Positions 11,533 through 22,261 of a stretch of 64,000 nt of DNA are shown one piece after another. Within the stretch, counting starts at the first letter, position 1; every line of letters begins with the position of its first letter. The notes beneath the pieces are model-generated. The model was not told the DNA's origin. It saw nothing but the letters and a program-made list of their open reading frames with translations, and ran no database searches. The stretch is from NCBI GenBank assembly GCA_965205975.1, contig OZ242195.1:5280001-5344000 (forward strand). The letters run 5' to 3'. The DNA is from Candidatus Latescibacterota bacterium (lineage in GTDB: Bacteria > Latescibacterota > UBA2968). The translations under genes were made by a program, and so were the position numbers.

Positions 11533-12777
11533 ATGGCTTCTGATAAACCAAATATTATTCTGATTCTGTCCGATGATTTGGGATATGAATGCCTGGGGTG
11601 TTATGGGGGTGAATCATATCAAACGCCTGTGCTGGATGGTTTGAGCAAGGAGGGGATGCGTTTTGACCATGCGTATGTTCTGCCGTTGTGTACGCCGACG
11701 CGGTTACAGTTGATGACGGGTAAATACAATTTTCGCAATTGGAGAGCTTTTGGGGTGATGGATCCTCAGGAGCGCACTTTTGGGCATTTGATGAAAGCGG
11801 CTGGGTACAAAACGTGTATTTCGGGCAAATGGCAAATGTATAGCTATAATCCGCCGGATTTTGAACCCGAGTGGCGCGGCAAGGGGCAACTGGCGGAAGA
11901 TTCGGGTTTTGATGAGTATTGCTTGTGGCATACGGAACACACGGAGGATAAGGGGTCGCGATATGCCGATCCGATGATTCAGCAAAATGGGGAGTATTTG
12001 GAGGATACAGAGGGTAAGTACGGCCCGGATATTTATACGGCTTATATTTGCGATTATATCGAGCGACATAAGGACGATCCGTTTTTTGTTTATTATCCCA
12101 TGGCGCTGACACACGGTCCGTTTGAACCCACGCCCCATAGCCAAATATGGTCTGAAAACCGACACGATAGCGGGGTGAAGTATTTTAAAGATATGGTTGA
12201 GTATATGGATGTGGTGATTGGGCGAATTGTAGATAAATTGGATGAGCTTGGGCTTAGAGAGAATACTTTGCTTTTGTTTATTGGCGATAATGGGTCGCCC
12301 CGTCAGGTGACTTCTATGATCAATGGCCGCGAGTTCCAGGGGGGAAAGGGTCTTTCGACGGATGCGGGTACACGGGTGCCATTTGTTGCGAGTTGGCCGG
12401 GTGCGATTCCCCCGGGGTCTGTTTGTGATGATTTGATTGATTGTAGCGATTTTGTGCCCACTATGATGGATATGGCTGGTATTTCTTTGCCCGAGGACGA
12501 TGTGTTTGATGGGGTATCATTTTTGCCGCAGTTAAAGGGCGAGACGGGTGCGCCGAGAGAGTGGATTTTTGCCCATCACGATCCTTTGCCCGGATGGGGT
12601 AAGGAGGGGTATTACTTAAAGCGATGGGCACAGGATAAACGCTGGAAACTCTACGATACAGGCGATTTGTACGATGTTGTAGCAGATGAGTTGGAAGAGC
12701 ATCCGGTCGTCGATGGCGGTGCAGACGCAGAGGCAGCGCGACGAAAATTGCAGCCCGTGCTGGATCGGATGAAGTAG
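11533..12777 (+). CDS. Cys-type sulfatase (arylsulfatase-like)
   Basis: PNIILILSDDLG, LCTPTR, GKW, GDNG. Confidence 0.93.
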   Translation: MASDKPNIILILSDDLGYECLGCYGGESYQTPVLDGLSKEGMRFDHAYVLPLCTPTRLQLMTGKYNFRNWRAFGVMDPQERTFGHLMKAAGYKTCISGKWQMYSYNPPDFEPEWRGKGQLAEDSGFDEYCLWHTEHTEDKGSRYADPMIQQNGEYLEDTEGKYGPDIYTAYICDYIERHKDDPFFVYYPMALTHGPFEPTPHSQIWSENRHDSGVKYFKDMVEYMDVVIGRIVDKLDELGLRENTLLLFIGDNGSPRQVTSMINGREFQGGKGLSTDAGTRVPFVASWPGAIPPGSVCDDLIDCSDFVPTMMDMAGISLPEDDVFDGVSFLPQLKGETGAPREWIFAHHDPLPGWGKEGYYLKRWAQDKRWKLYDTGDLYDVVADELEEHPVVDGGADAEAARRKLQPVLDRMK

Positions 12778-12963
12778 CAGGTGTGTTGCACATTTTGTTC
12801 TGTGGAAGATGGCTATTGTGAATAGATTGTTCAACACCCGTCTGCTTTGATATAGTATAAGTTTTTTTATAACAATAAGTTATTGCTCCGAGCGGTTCTG
12901 GCACGCTCCTTGCCTGATTCTATTGCTTCTTTTAGTGGGTTCCTTTCAGGCAAGGAGGTTTTG

Positions 12964-14502
12964 ATGACTGCGCGTGTGTTGAGTTGTGCAATACTGGGTA
13001 TTGATGCGTATATCGTGCATATTGAGGCGGATATTTCGCGTCGGATTCCCGCATTTTCAGTGGTGGGTTTACCCGATAGTGCTGTGAAGGAAAGCCGGGA
13101 TCGGGTGATGGCTGCGATTAAAAATGCCGGGCGAACATTTCCAACTAACCGGATTACGGTGAATTTGGCACCGGCAGATATCCGAAAGGAAGGCTCGGCA
13201 TTTGATTTGCCGATTGCGATAGGCATTATTGCCGCGATGGGCGATTCAATTTCACCCGAGAAGCTGTCGCAATATCTCATTTTGGGTGAGTTGGCTTTAG
13301 ATGGCACGGTGCGACCCGTGCGCGGGGTGCTGTCAATGGCTGTGGAAGCCAAAAAGGCGGGCTTAAAAGGGTTGCTCGTTCCTGTGGAGAATGCGCGAGA
13401 GGCGGCGATTACAGGCGGGTTAGATGTTTTGCCGGTATGCGATTTGAGTGAGGCACTGGATTTTTTTGAGGGGTATTGCGATATCATGCCCTTTGAAATC
13501 GATAGTAAGGCGATTTTTCGGCGTGCGCGGATGCATCGGGTGGATTTTAAGGATGTGCGCGGGCAGGAGCATGCAAAGCGCGCGCTGGAGGTGGCGGCGG
13601 CAGGCGCGCATAACGCGATTCTCATGGGGCCTCCTGGATCGGGTAAGACGATGCTCGCCAGACGATTGCCGACCATTTTACCCGATCTGACGCTGGATGA
13701 GGCTCTGCAGACGACAAAAATTCACTCGGTGGCGGGGTTGTTGACGCCCGATACGGCACTCGTGGCAGTAAGGCCGTTTCGCTCGCCGCATCACACGATT
13801 TCAGATGCGGGGTTGATCGGTGGCGGTCCCTATCCCCGGCCAGGAGAGGTGTCGCTGGCACATCACGGGGTGCTGTTTTTGGATGAGCTTCCCGAGTTTA
13901 AGAAACAGGTTTTGGAATCTCTTCGCCAGCCCATTGAGGACAGTTTTGTGACGATTGCCCGCGCGGCGATGTCGCTTTCGTATCCGGCGCAGTTTATGCT
14001 CGTTTGCGCCATGAATCCGTGCCCCTGCGGATATTTGGGCGATCCGCACCACGAGTGTATTTGCTCGCCACCTGTGGTGCAGCGCTATGTCAATCGGATC
14101 TCGGGACCGTTGATGGATCGCATTGATATTCACGTAGAAGCTCCGGCTGTGCAGTATGAAGAATTGGCCAATGAACCGACTGGCGAGTCTTCCGCAGAGG
14201 TTCGCAAGCGCGTGCAAGGTGCGCGGCAAATACAGTTGGAACGGTTTGCGGATTATAGAGATTTGTTTAGCAACGCGCACATGGGGTCGCGAGAGATTCG
14301 GATGTTTTGCAAAATTGATGATAGGAGCGAGGAGTTGTTGCGGATGGCGATTACGCGATTGGGGCTGTCGGCGCGGGCTTATGATCGCATCCTGAAGGCG
14401 AGCCGCACAATAGCAGATCTGGAAGGTGAAGAGGATATCCAATCGCGCCACGTTGCCGAGGCGATTCAATACCGTAGTTTGGATAGAAGATTGTGGGAGT
14501 AA
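12964..14502 (+). CDS. comM: YifB/ComM Mg-chelatase-like AAA+ ATPase
   Basis: VGLPDSAVKESRDRV, NLAPAD, GPPGSGKT, PFRSPHH, LFLDELPEF, CPCG; ATG 12964. Confidence 0.93.
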   Translation: MTARVLSCAILGIDAYIVHIEADISRRIPAFSVVGLPDSAVKESRDRVMAAIKNAGRTFPTNRITVNLAPADIRKEGSAFDLPIAIGIIAAMGDSISPEKLSQYLILGELALDGTVRPVRGVLSMAVEAKKAGLKGLLVPVENAREAAITGGLDVLPVCDLSEALDFFEGYCDIMPFEIDSKAIFRRARMHRVDFKDVRGQEHAKRALEVAAAGAHNAILMGPPGSGKTMLARRLPTILPDLTLDEALQTTKIHSVAGLLTPDTALVAVRPFRSPHHTISDAGLIGGGPYPRPGEVSLAHHGVLFLDELPEFKKQVLESLRQPIEDSFVTIARAAMSLSYPAQFMLVCAMNPCPCGYLGDPHHECICSPPVVQRYVNRISGPLMDRIDIHVEAPAVQYEELANEPTGESSAEVRKRVQGARQIQLERFADYRDLFSNAHMGSREIRMFCKIDDRSEELLRMAITRLGLSARAYDRILKASRTIADLEGEEDIQSRHVAEAIQYRSLDRRLWE

Positions 14503-14577
14503 TATCACAATTGTAAAACGATGTCCAGGACGGTATATTATGACATTCCTCGAAACAGTTGAGCAGGAGTATCCAAA

Positions 14578-14919
14578 ATGAAAAAAGAACTATTTGATGA
14601 TTTACTCCAAAGTGTGCGTGAGGGAGGTGCTATTATGCGCGATGAGATGGCACCGAGTCGCGTATTTGATTTTGCGCCTTTGGATGTCAAAGCCATTCGC
14701 GAAAAGCTCAATAAGTCTCAACATGAATTTGCACTCATGATAGGTGTGAGTACGTCAAAGCTACAAGATTGGGAAAAAGAGTGTTGCATTCCCCAAGGCT
14801 CTGCCCATGCAGTATTAAAAATTGTGGAAAAGAATCCCAAAGAGTTTGCCGAGGTATTAGAGGTGTGCAAAAAATCTCTTGCAGGGGATCGTCGGATTTC
14901 GTCCAGTCAACAGGATTGA
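14578..14919 (+). CDS. XRE-family HTH protein (NadS/HigA antitoxin-like)
   Basis: MKKELFDDLLQSVREG, DVKAIREKLNKSQHEFA...LQDWE HTH pattern. Confidence 0.75.
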   Translation: MKKELFDDLLQSVREGGAIMRDEMAPSRVFDFAPLDVKAIREKLNKSQHEFALMIGVSTSKLQDWEKECCIPQGSAHAVLKIVEKNPKEFAEVLEVCKKSLAGDRRISSSQQD

Positions 14920-14948
14920 ATTCATCCTGAATCGGCGGATATCTAAAC

Positions 14949-14984
14949 AAAAAGCGGAGCTTTGAAAGATGCTCCGCTTTTTTT
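14949..14984 (+). terminator. Intrinsic terminator
   Basis: AAAAAGCGGAGC-loop-GCTCCGCTTTTTTT. Confidence 0.8.
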
Positions 14985-14994
14985 GGGCTACAAT

Positions 14995-17199
14995 ATGAAA
15001 CGCGATGCGAATAAAATTATAATATCAGGTGTAAAGGGCGAGGTGTGCATTCGGCGGATGGCACATGGGTTTCCGCATATTTCGGCGCAGGATGAAGGGG
15101 ATCGGTATTACGGTCTGGGGTATGCACATGGCCGGGATAGGCAGATGCACATGTGGTTGCTCAAGCTCATTGGGCGGGGGAATGCGTCTGCATATCTGAA
15201 AGCGGATGACGAGTTGATTGAGGTAGATCGATTTATGCGCTGGCTCGATATAGCGGGTGATGCGGATCGGGAAGCGCGACGTTTGTCACCTGATGTGCAA
15301 GCGGTTCTGGATGCGTATTGCAAGGGGGTGAATCAGGCGGTGCGCGCAACGGGAACGCCTTTTGAATTTAAGCTGATGGGGTATCGACCAGATGACTGGA
15401 CGCCGGCAGATGCACTGCTGATGGTCAAGCTGATCGGTTTTGTGGGGCTTTCGCAAATGCAGGGCGATATGGAGAAGTTGATTGTTCAGTTGATTCAAAA
15501 GGGTCTGGACACGGAGCGGTTGAAGGAACTTTTTCCGGCAATTCGGGATGATGTATCAGAAGAGTACATCGATCTGATAAAGAAGGTGCGTCTGGTGCGT
15601 CCGATGATTCCAGCATCTGTGGTGTGGCGCGATTTGTTGCCCGATTTTTCTGCGAGCAATAATTGGGCTGTGCGTCCGTCAAAGACGGCATCTGGATGGG
15701 CGATGATGTGTGGAGATCCGCATCTGCAATTGCAATTGCCTTCGGTGTGGTATCTGGCGGTTCTGGCTGGAGAAGATGATTATTTGATGGGGGCGACTTT
15801 GCCGGGGTTGCCGGTTGTGGCTATGGGACGATCACCCGACCTGTCGTGGGCAGCGACCTATGGTACTGCCGATGTGTGTGATTATTTTGTGGAGGAGGTG
15901 AAGGAAGGGAAGTATAGATGTGGGGATAAATGGGTGCCTTTGCGCGTGCGAGAAGAGGTTATTAGGCCCAAGAAGCGGGATCCGATAGGGTTGCGCGTTT
16001 GCGAGACAGAGCGCGGTTTGTTGGAGGGCGAGGTCAATGAGGATGGGTTTTATCTGTGTTATGCGTGGACGGGTAAGCAGCAAAAGGGGACGGGTGCGGA
16101 TTCGCTGGATTGTGTTTTGCGGATTACAAAGTCAAAAGGCGTTGAAGAGGCACGGGATTATTTTGCGGGGTTGACGTTTGCGCCGTTTAATTGGGTGTTT
16201 GCTGATCGGGCGGGGAATATTGGATATCAACTCGGCGGGCTGGTGCCCAAACAACCCGAAGGTTCATCGGGTTTGCTTCCGTATTTGGGTTGGGATGAGA
16301 AACAGAATTGGGATGGGATGGTGGATCCAATATTGTATCCGCGTGCGATGAATCCGGAATGTGATTTTATTGTGACGGCAAATCAGGATCTCAATTCTAT
16401 GGGGCAGACTGAGCCGATGAAGTTGTCGATTTCTTCTTATCGCGCGGATCGTATTTGCGAGATGTTGCGGGAGAAGGATGATTTGATAGTAGAGGATATG
16501 AAGCGGATTCACTATGATCTTTACGCGCTTCAGGCCAGGGAGTTTATGGCAATTGTACGTCCGTTGCTACCAGAATCAGAAAACGGGAATATATTGCGGG
16601 AGTGGGATTTGTGTTATGATGCGGATTCTCTGGGGGCGACGCTTTTTGAGCGCGTTTATCGCGAACTCGTTTTGCTCGTTTTTGGGGATCATGGTTTGGG
16701 ACGCGAGATGGTGACGTTTTTACTGGATGGTACGACGCTGTTCAGTGTCATGCACGGATATTTTGATCGCATTCTTTTGAGTGAGGCATCGGTCTGGTTT
16801 GGAGATCAGCCGCGTGAGGTTCTTTATCAAATGGCGATTGAACGCGGATTAAAGGAAAAAGCCGTGCCACACGGCGAAGTGAGCAGGGTTTATATTGAGC
16901 ATATTTTTTTCAGGGGAAAGTTACCGCGGTTTTTGGGTTTTGATTATTCGCTTGCGAATATTGGGAGTCGGTCAACGGTTTCGCAGGCCGGTGTGTTCAA
17001 AGGTGGCGCGCTTGCGCCGACTTTTCGAATGGTTTGCGATTTTGGGGAGGATGTGCTACACGCGAATGTCGCGGGCGGTGCTTCAGATCGCCGTTTTTCC
17101 AAATACTATACGTCGGGGTTGGATGCGTGGGAACGGGGAGATTACGAGATTTTTGTCCCATCAGAGGAAGATAGCGATTCGTGTGAGCTCAGTCGATAG
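14995..17199 (+). CDS. Penicillin acylase family (Ntn hydrolase)
   Basis: GFPHISA, GYAHGRDR, nucleophile motif SNNWAV, GDPHL, TANQ; no obvious signal peptide. Confidence 0.9.
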   Translation: MKRDANKIIISGVKGEVCIRRMAHGFPHISAQDEGDRYYGLGYAHGRDRQMHMWLLKLIGRGNASAYLKADDELIEVDRFMRWLDIAGDADREARRLSPDVQAVLDAYCKGVNQAVRATGTPFEFKLMGYRPDDWTPADALLMVKLIGFVGLSQMQGDMEKLIVQLIQKGLDTERLKELFPAIRDDVSEEYIDLIKKVRLVRPMIPASVVWRDLLPDFSASNNWAVRPSKTASGWAMMCGDPHLQLQLPSVWYLAVLAGEDDYLMGATLPGLPVVAMGRSPDLSWAATYGTADVCDYFVEEVKEGKYRCGDKWVPLRVREEVIRPKKRDPIGLRVCETERGLLEGEVNEDGFYLCYAWTGKQQKGTGADSLDCVLRITKSKGVEEARDYFAGLTFAPFNWVFADRAGNIGYQLGGLVPKQPEGSSGLLPYLGWDEKQNWDGMVDPILYPRAMNPECDFIVTANQDLNSMGQTEPMKLSISSYRADRICEMLREKDDLIVEDMKRIHYDLYALQAREFMAIVRPLLPESENGNILREWDLCYDADSLGATLFERVYRELVLLVFGDHGLGREMVTFLLDGTTLFSVMHGYFDRILLSEASVWFGDQPREVLYQMAIERGLKEKAVPHGEVSRVYIEHIFFRGKLPRFLGFDYSLANIGSRSTVSQAGVFKGGALAPTFRMVCDFGEDVLHANVAGGASDRRFSKYYTSGLDAWERGDYEIFVPSEEDSDSCELSR

Positions 17200-17203
17200 T
17201 CCC

Positions 17204-17969
17204 TTACTGGTACAGACTCTCTGTCGGGATATCGGTGATCATTGCGTGGCCAGGGGTATAGGATATCATGAACGGGAGCTTGGCCTGCTCGGCGACAATG
17301 CGGGGAGTGATGCCGCAAGCCCAGTACAAGCGATCCGTTCCTTCGGGTACTTCGAATGGGTGACCGTCCATGTTGACGTTCAGATCTTCGATGCCAAGTT
17401 CGTCCGCATTGTTTCTTCCAATCGGGGCGCCGTGACACCCGGGGAAGTGGCTGGTGAATTCCCATACATCGTCAATCATGCCCGGATCGAATGAGAGGAT
17501 GGTGACGGCCATGTTGCCTGAGAAGGGTCCGACTGTTTCGCACGGGAGCGACGTGAGTTGGATGGTCGGTCCCAAATGCGGCGGGGTAGCCTTTTTCGGT
17601 CAGGAGGCCGTCGAAGGAGACGCTCGATCCGATCAGGAAAGTAACCGTTCTGTCGTCGAACAAGTCCACGATGTCCTGTCGGCGTTCGGTGACTTCGCCA
17701 TCGCGTACGATGTCGTATGAACCCAGGTCGGTTCGGATGTCGAGGTCGCGTGCATACTCGGGGCAGTCCGTTTGACCGGGTTCCATTTTAGCGATCAGCG
17801 GACAGGGTTTCGGGTTGGCGCGACAGAAGGCCTCGAAATCGTCGGCGTAGTCCATGTCGAGAAAGGCGACATTGACGCACAGGTAGCCGGGAAGGGCTCG
17901 GGAGGCGAAGCCTTCGAGTTCGTTGGCTCTACAAGCGAGTCTAACGTCTAATGGTGTTTTGAATTTCAT
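17204..17969 (-). pseudogene. DUF1445 / putative hydro-lyase (D-glutamate cyclase-like), split by a frameshift
   Basis: N-terminal half 17472-17969 (ADDFEAFCRANPKPCPLI, DIRTDL) and C-terminal half 17204-17575 (GPFSGNMAVT, HGAPI, YWACGITP, PGHAMITD) are in different frames, joining near 17570. Confidence 0.75.
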
Positions 17970-18019
17970 GTTGCGCTCTCCGATGATCGAGTTGAGAAAT
18001 TGGTTACATTAAGCGACCT

Positions 18020-19393
18020 TTAACAGATCGCTCTGTTGATGCCTTTGATTTTTTGATTTGCTTTGGCGCGCTGGTCAATTTCTTCGGGGGTGACGATGTT
18101 GTGGAGGTCGGCGCGGAGGTCGGAGAGGATGTCGGCACAGGTGGGATCGTCGGCGCGGTCCTCAATTTCGTCGGGGTCGTTGGCGACGTTGAATAATTGA
18201 TCGGGGAGACCGACGTAGTGGATGTATTTCCAGTCGCCTTTTTTGATCATGAAGCCGCCGTTTAGAGCGCCCTGGGCGTGGTATTCGCTGAAGATGGGGC
18301 GGTCGGGAAAGGGATGTCCGAGGATGGCGGGGAGGAGACTGCTGCCGGGCAATGGCGCGGGGTCCTGTTCGGCGAGGTCGAGAAAGGTGGGGAGGATGTC
18401 GATGAGGTTGGCTCCTGCGGCGATGCGCTGGTTGCCTGCAGCGTTTGGATGTCGAATGATCATGGGGACGCGCACGGAGTGTTCGTAGAAACATTGTTTT
18501 TGCCATATCCCGTGGTGTCCGCCCATTTCGCCGTGGTCGCTGACGTAGATGACGACGGTGTTGTCGCGCAGGGATGAGTTATCGACTATGTCGAGCAATC
18601 GACCGATGAGGTAATCGGTGAAAGAGATGAGGCCGTAGTAAGCAGCGGTTGCCGTGGTGGAGATGGCGTCGGGCAGGGGTTCTTCGTTGCGTAGCCAGTG
18701 GCGGAGTTGCTGGATGGAAGGGTGCTGGGTGTCGCAGGGTTCGGTTCTCGTTTGTGGCAAGATGACGTGGTCGGGATAGTAGCGGTCGAAGTATTCTTGC
18801 GGGCACAGGAGGGGAAAGTGGGGGTTCATGAAGCCGGTGTAGAGAAAGAAGGGACGGTCGGCGTATTGTGCGCGGGATTTGAGGAAGCGTTCGGAGAGAT
18901 CGGCGGCTGTGCTGTCGTAGTGGATTTGCCAGTTTTCCCCGGGGCCGCATTCGGTGACGTGGCTGTTGCTGCCGCGCCGGTTGTCGGGTGTGCGCGAGGG
19001 GGCACCCATATTCCAGTGTTTCCATTTTTCGGCGTCGTCCATGAGGCGTTTGCCAAAGCCGTGCAGGCGTTCGGGACCTATGAAGTGGGTGCGGCCGCAG
19101 ACTGCGGTTTCGTAGCCCGCGGCTTCGAGGTAGCTGCCCATTGTGGGGATTGTACCCGCGAGGGGCGAGCCATTGTCATAGGTGCCGATCTGGTGGACGT
19201 ATTGTCCGGTCATAAAGGACATGCGGGCGGGTACGCATATCGGGCAGGCGGTATAGGCATTGTCAAAGGTGGTGCCTTCGGATGCGAGGCGATCCAGATG
19301 CGGCGTTTCGATATGGGGGTGACCGTAACAGCCGGTGACTGAGGGGTCGTGTTCATCGCTCATGATGAGCAAGATGTTGGGGCGCTGGTTCAT
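18020..19393 (-). CDS. Cys-type sulfatase (choline-sulfatase-like)
   Basis: PNILLIMSDEH, ICVPAR, SDHGEM, FYEHSVRVP. Confidence 0.93.
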   Translation of the reverse strand: MNQRPNILLIMSDEHDPSVTGCYGHPHIETPHLDRLASEGTTFDNAYTACPICVPARMSFMTGQYVHQIGTYDNGSPLAGTIPTMGSYLEAAGYETAVCGRTHFIGPERLHGFGKRLMDDAEKWKHWNMGAPSRTPDNRRGSNSHVTECGPGENWQIHYDSTAADLSERFLKSRAQYADRPFFLYTGFMNPHFPLLCPQEYFDRYYPDHVILPQTRTEPCDTQHPSIQQLRHWLRNEEPLPDAISTTATAAYYGLISFTDYLIGRLLDIVDNSSLRDNTVVIYVSDHGEMGGHHGIWQKQCFYEHSVRVPMIIRHPNAAGNQRIAAGANLIDILPTFLDLAEQDPAPLPGSSLLPAILGHPFPDRPIFSEYHAQGALNGGFMIKKGDWKYIHYVGLPDQLFNVANDPDEIEDRADDPTCADILSDLRADLHNIVTPEEIDQRAKANQKIKGINRAIC

Positions 19394-19394
19394 G

Positions 19395-20825
19395 CTAATA
19401 TCTTCCTATGCGTTCGGGACCGGGGTCGGCGCATATAACGGTGTGGTCGAAGTTTTGTTTTATGAGCTGGTATTTCAGATCTGTGTGGGATGGGTCTTCC
19501 CAGAGGTTGTGAAATTCATCGGGGTCTTCTCGAAGATCGTAGAGTTCGCCGTAGTTTTCGCCGTGATAGACGACGAGTTTGTAGCGGTTGTTGCGCAGCA
19601 TGGTCGCCCAACAGGGTTTGTGTTTTTCCGAGGCGTGTGGGGCGAATTTATCGACGACATCGTAGTATTCACAGCGCATAAATTCGCGATGCGCGTGCCC
19701 GGGATCTTCGCCCGTGAGAATGGGAATGAGGGATTTGCCGTGTGTCCATTCGAGAGGGATGCCGGCGAGGTCGGCAAGGGTGGGCGCAATGTCTAAGAGC
19801 GCGGTGAGGCCATCTGCGCGGTGGCCCTGGAGAAAGGTGCCGGGCCAGGAGATGATGAGGGGGACCCGCACGAGGGCTTCGTAGAAGCGGCAACCTTTGC
19901 CGGTGAGGCCGTGATCGCCGAGCATTTCGCCGTGGTCGCTCGTGAAGATGACCACGGTGTTTTCGCGTTGGCCCGTGCGCTCAAGGGCATTGAGCATGCG
20001 ACCGACGTTTTCGTCGATAAGGGCGATCATGCCGTAGTAAGACGCTTTGTTGTGCTGTTCGCGGTCCCCGGGAGGATTGCCTTCCTTGTCAGCAAAAAAG
20101 CGTTTGAGCCGCGTTTGTGTTTGCAGGTCACTTTCGCGAAATAGCGGCGGTGGCAAGTCGGCGGGATTGTATTTGTGCGTGTCGGGGGCGTCAAAAGGTC
20201 CGTGTGGATCAAAGGGGTTGACGCTCATGAGCCAGGGGCCGTCGTGAGGGGATTCGATAAATTCTATGGCGCGATCCGCACACCAGGCGGTCTGGTGGTA
20301 TTGGGGATTCATGTCGGGACGATAGTTGCCGTATGTGCCGTCTTTTTTTGTTTGAAAGACGTCGCCGAGGTCTATGCCCTGTTCGGTGAGCCAGTCGGTG
20401 TACTGGTTGCCAATTCCGATGCCTTGATTGTGTGAGTGGCTGTACCAGAATTTGCGATATCCGTCGTCAACGCGTTGTTCTTCGCCGTTCCATGCAGAGG
20501 CGAGGTGGAGTTTGCCCGATAAGCCGCAATCGTATCCGGCATCTGCGAGGCGTTTGGTGATGAGTTGTACGCGTTCATTTGCCGGGAAATAGGCATTGCC
20601 ATTGCGATTGCCGTGTACGGTGCTGGGATAAAGCCCGGTGAGAAAGCTGGAACGGCTGGGCGTGCATATCGCGCTCTGGCAGTGGGCATGTGTGAATGCT
20701 ACGCCCTCAGCGCAGAGGCGGTCGAGGTTGGGCGTCTGAATGTGTTTATTGCCGAGGGCGTGGATGGTGTCGTAGCGTTGTTGATCTGTGCAGATCCAGA
20801 GGATGTTGGGGCGTTTTGATGTCAA
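19395..20825 (-). CDS. Cys-type sulfatase
   Basis: PNILWICTDQQR, ICTPSR, GKLH, SDHGEM; TTG start after GGAGA. Confidence 0.93.
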   Translation of the reverse strand: MTSKRPNILWICTDQQRYDTIHALGNKHIQTPNLDRLCAEGVAFTHAHCQSAICTPSRSSFLTGLYPSTVHGNRNGNAYFPANERVQLITKRLADAGYDCGLSGKLHLASAWNGEEQRVDDGYRKFWYSHSHNQGIGIGNQYTDWLTEQGIDLGDVFQTKKDGTYGNYRPDMNPQYHQTAWCADRAIEFIESPHDGPWLMSVNPFDPHGPFDAPDTHKYNPADLPPPLFRESDLQTQTRLKRFFADKEGNPPGDREQHNKASYYGMIALIDENVGRMLNALERTGQRENTVVIFTSDHGEMLGDHGLTGKGCRFYEALVRVPLIISWPGTFLQGHRADGLTALLDIAPTLADLAGIPLEWTHGKSLIPILTGEDPGHAHREFMRCEYYDVVDKFAPHASEKHKPCWATMLRNNRYKLVVYHGENYGELYDLREDPDEFHNLWEDPSHTDLKYQLIKQNFDHTVICADPGPERIGRY

Positions 20826-20836
20826 TGGTGGTCTCC

Positions 20837-22258
20837 TCAATCGCGCGCGCCTCTGATAACGCGGCCATTTTCGATCCAGTGATCGCGGTAAAAGGTAGTG
20901 GGTTCAAAGGTGTCGTTTAGTGCGTCCATGCGCGTCCGAATCTGGTCGCGGTAATGCTGGATTATTCTGGCATGGTCAGGGCTGCTGGCGAGATTGTGCA
21001 ATTGCAGGGGGTCTTCGCGGTGATTGTAGAGGGATTCTCCATGTTTTTCAATGGCATAGGTATATTGTTTGTCGCGCAAGGCACGCCATTCAAAGCCATC
21101 GTCCCAATCGACACTGGGGCCCATGCCCTGTAAGAATGCGGATTCGGGTTCATCTCCAGGCTGACCAAATGCGCAATGGGAAAGGTCAAATCCATCGATA
21201 CCATCGGGGATATCGACGTTTAAGAGTGAGAGCAGCGTGGGCATGATATCGGGTGTGTTGAGGCAGGCATCGCTTTCGGTTTTGGGTGCGATGCGATTGG
21301 GCCAGCGCATGAGAAAGGGGACGCGAGCGGCTTCTTCATAGTAGATATTTTTTTGAACGCGACCGTGTGCGCCAAACATTTCGCCGTGGTCTGATGTGAA
21401 GACGACAAGGGTGTCGTGCGCGAGGTCGAATCTGTCTATCGCGTCTAAAATTCGGCCCACGTTCCAGTCGAGGTTGGCAGTCATAGCGGCATAGATTCGC
21501 TGCCATTCAACGAGGTTGGGTTTGACGGATTTCATCCACCAATCGCGGTCGAACCACGCATGCCAGTATTCTCCTGATCCGTCCCGGTAATTTGGCGGCA
21601 GGTCAAAGGCCATGTCTTTGAAGTGCATACCCCATTCTTCGGGGACGTTGTCCCAGTTCCAGGGCTGATGAGGTGTGCCATAGGAGACGAAGAGGGCGAA
21701 GGGGTCTGGATTTTCGCACGCGTTTTCGAGATAGGAGATGGCGAGGTCGGTCATGGCATCGGGTTCATAGGCAGGGATGTCGATGCGTTCAAATTTGTCT
21801 TCGTAATAAAATCCCCTGTAGTAGCTGTGGTTGAAGTTGTAGGCTGCCCAATAGTGGTCAAATCCCAGTCGGTGCGGGCCTGGGGGCACGAATTGATTGG
21901 CGGGATTCTTGTGAAAATCTCCGGCCTGTTTATAAACTTTGCCTTCGGTTGCGTAAATGTGCCATTTGCCGATGTAGGCACAATTCACGCCGTTCTGCGT
22001 TAATGTGCCGGCAAGCGTTGGCAAATCGGTGCGGGCACTCAATTCGTTCATGACGTAGCCATTGGTGGTGGGATAACAGCCCGTAAAGAGTGATGCGCGA
22101 TGCGGGCTGCACACGGGATAGACCGAGGTGGCGTTGACAAAGTTGATGCCTTCAGATGATAGGCGGTCGATATTGGGGGTGCGGGCGCGGTTGTCGCCCA
22201 TATAGCCACAGGATTGCGGGCGGAGTTGATCGGCGAAGATGTATAGAAGGTTAGGCAC
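20837..22258 (-). CDS. Cys-type sulfatase
   Basis: PNLLYIFADQLR, VCSPHR, GKWH, SDHGEM. Confidence 0.93.
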   Translation of the reverse strand: MPNLLYIFADQLRPQSCGYMGDNRARTPNIDRLSSEGINFVNATSVYPVCSPHRASLFTGCYPTTNGYVMNELSARTDLPTLAGTLTQNGVNCAYIGKWHIYATEGKVYKQAGDFHKNPANQFVPPGPHRLGFDHYWAAYNFNHSYYRGFYYEDKFERIDIPAYEPDAMTDLAISYLENACENPDPFALFVSYGTPHQPWNWDNVPEEWGMHFKDMAFDLPPNYRDGSGEYWHAWFDRDWWMKSVKPNLVEWQRIYAAMTANLDWNVGRILDAIDRFDLAHDTLVVFTSDHGEMFGAHGRVQKNIYYEEAARVPFLMRWPNRIAPKTESDACLNTPDIMPTLLSLLNVDIPDGIDGFDLSHCAFGQPGDEPESAFLQGMGPSVDWDDGFEWRALRDKQYTYAIEKHGESLYNHREDPLQLHNLASSPDHARIIQHYRDQIRTRMDALNDTFEPTTFYRDHWIENGRVIRGARD

Positions 22259-22261
22259 AGA

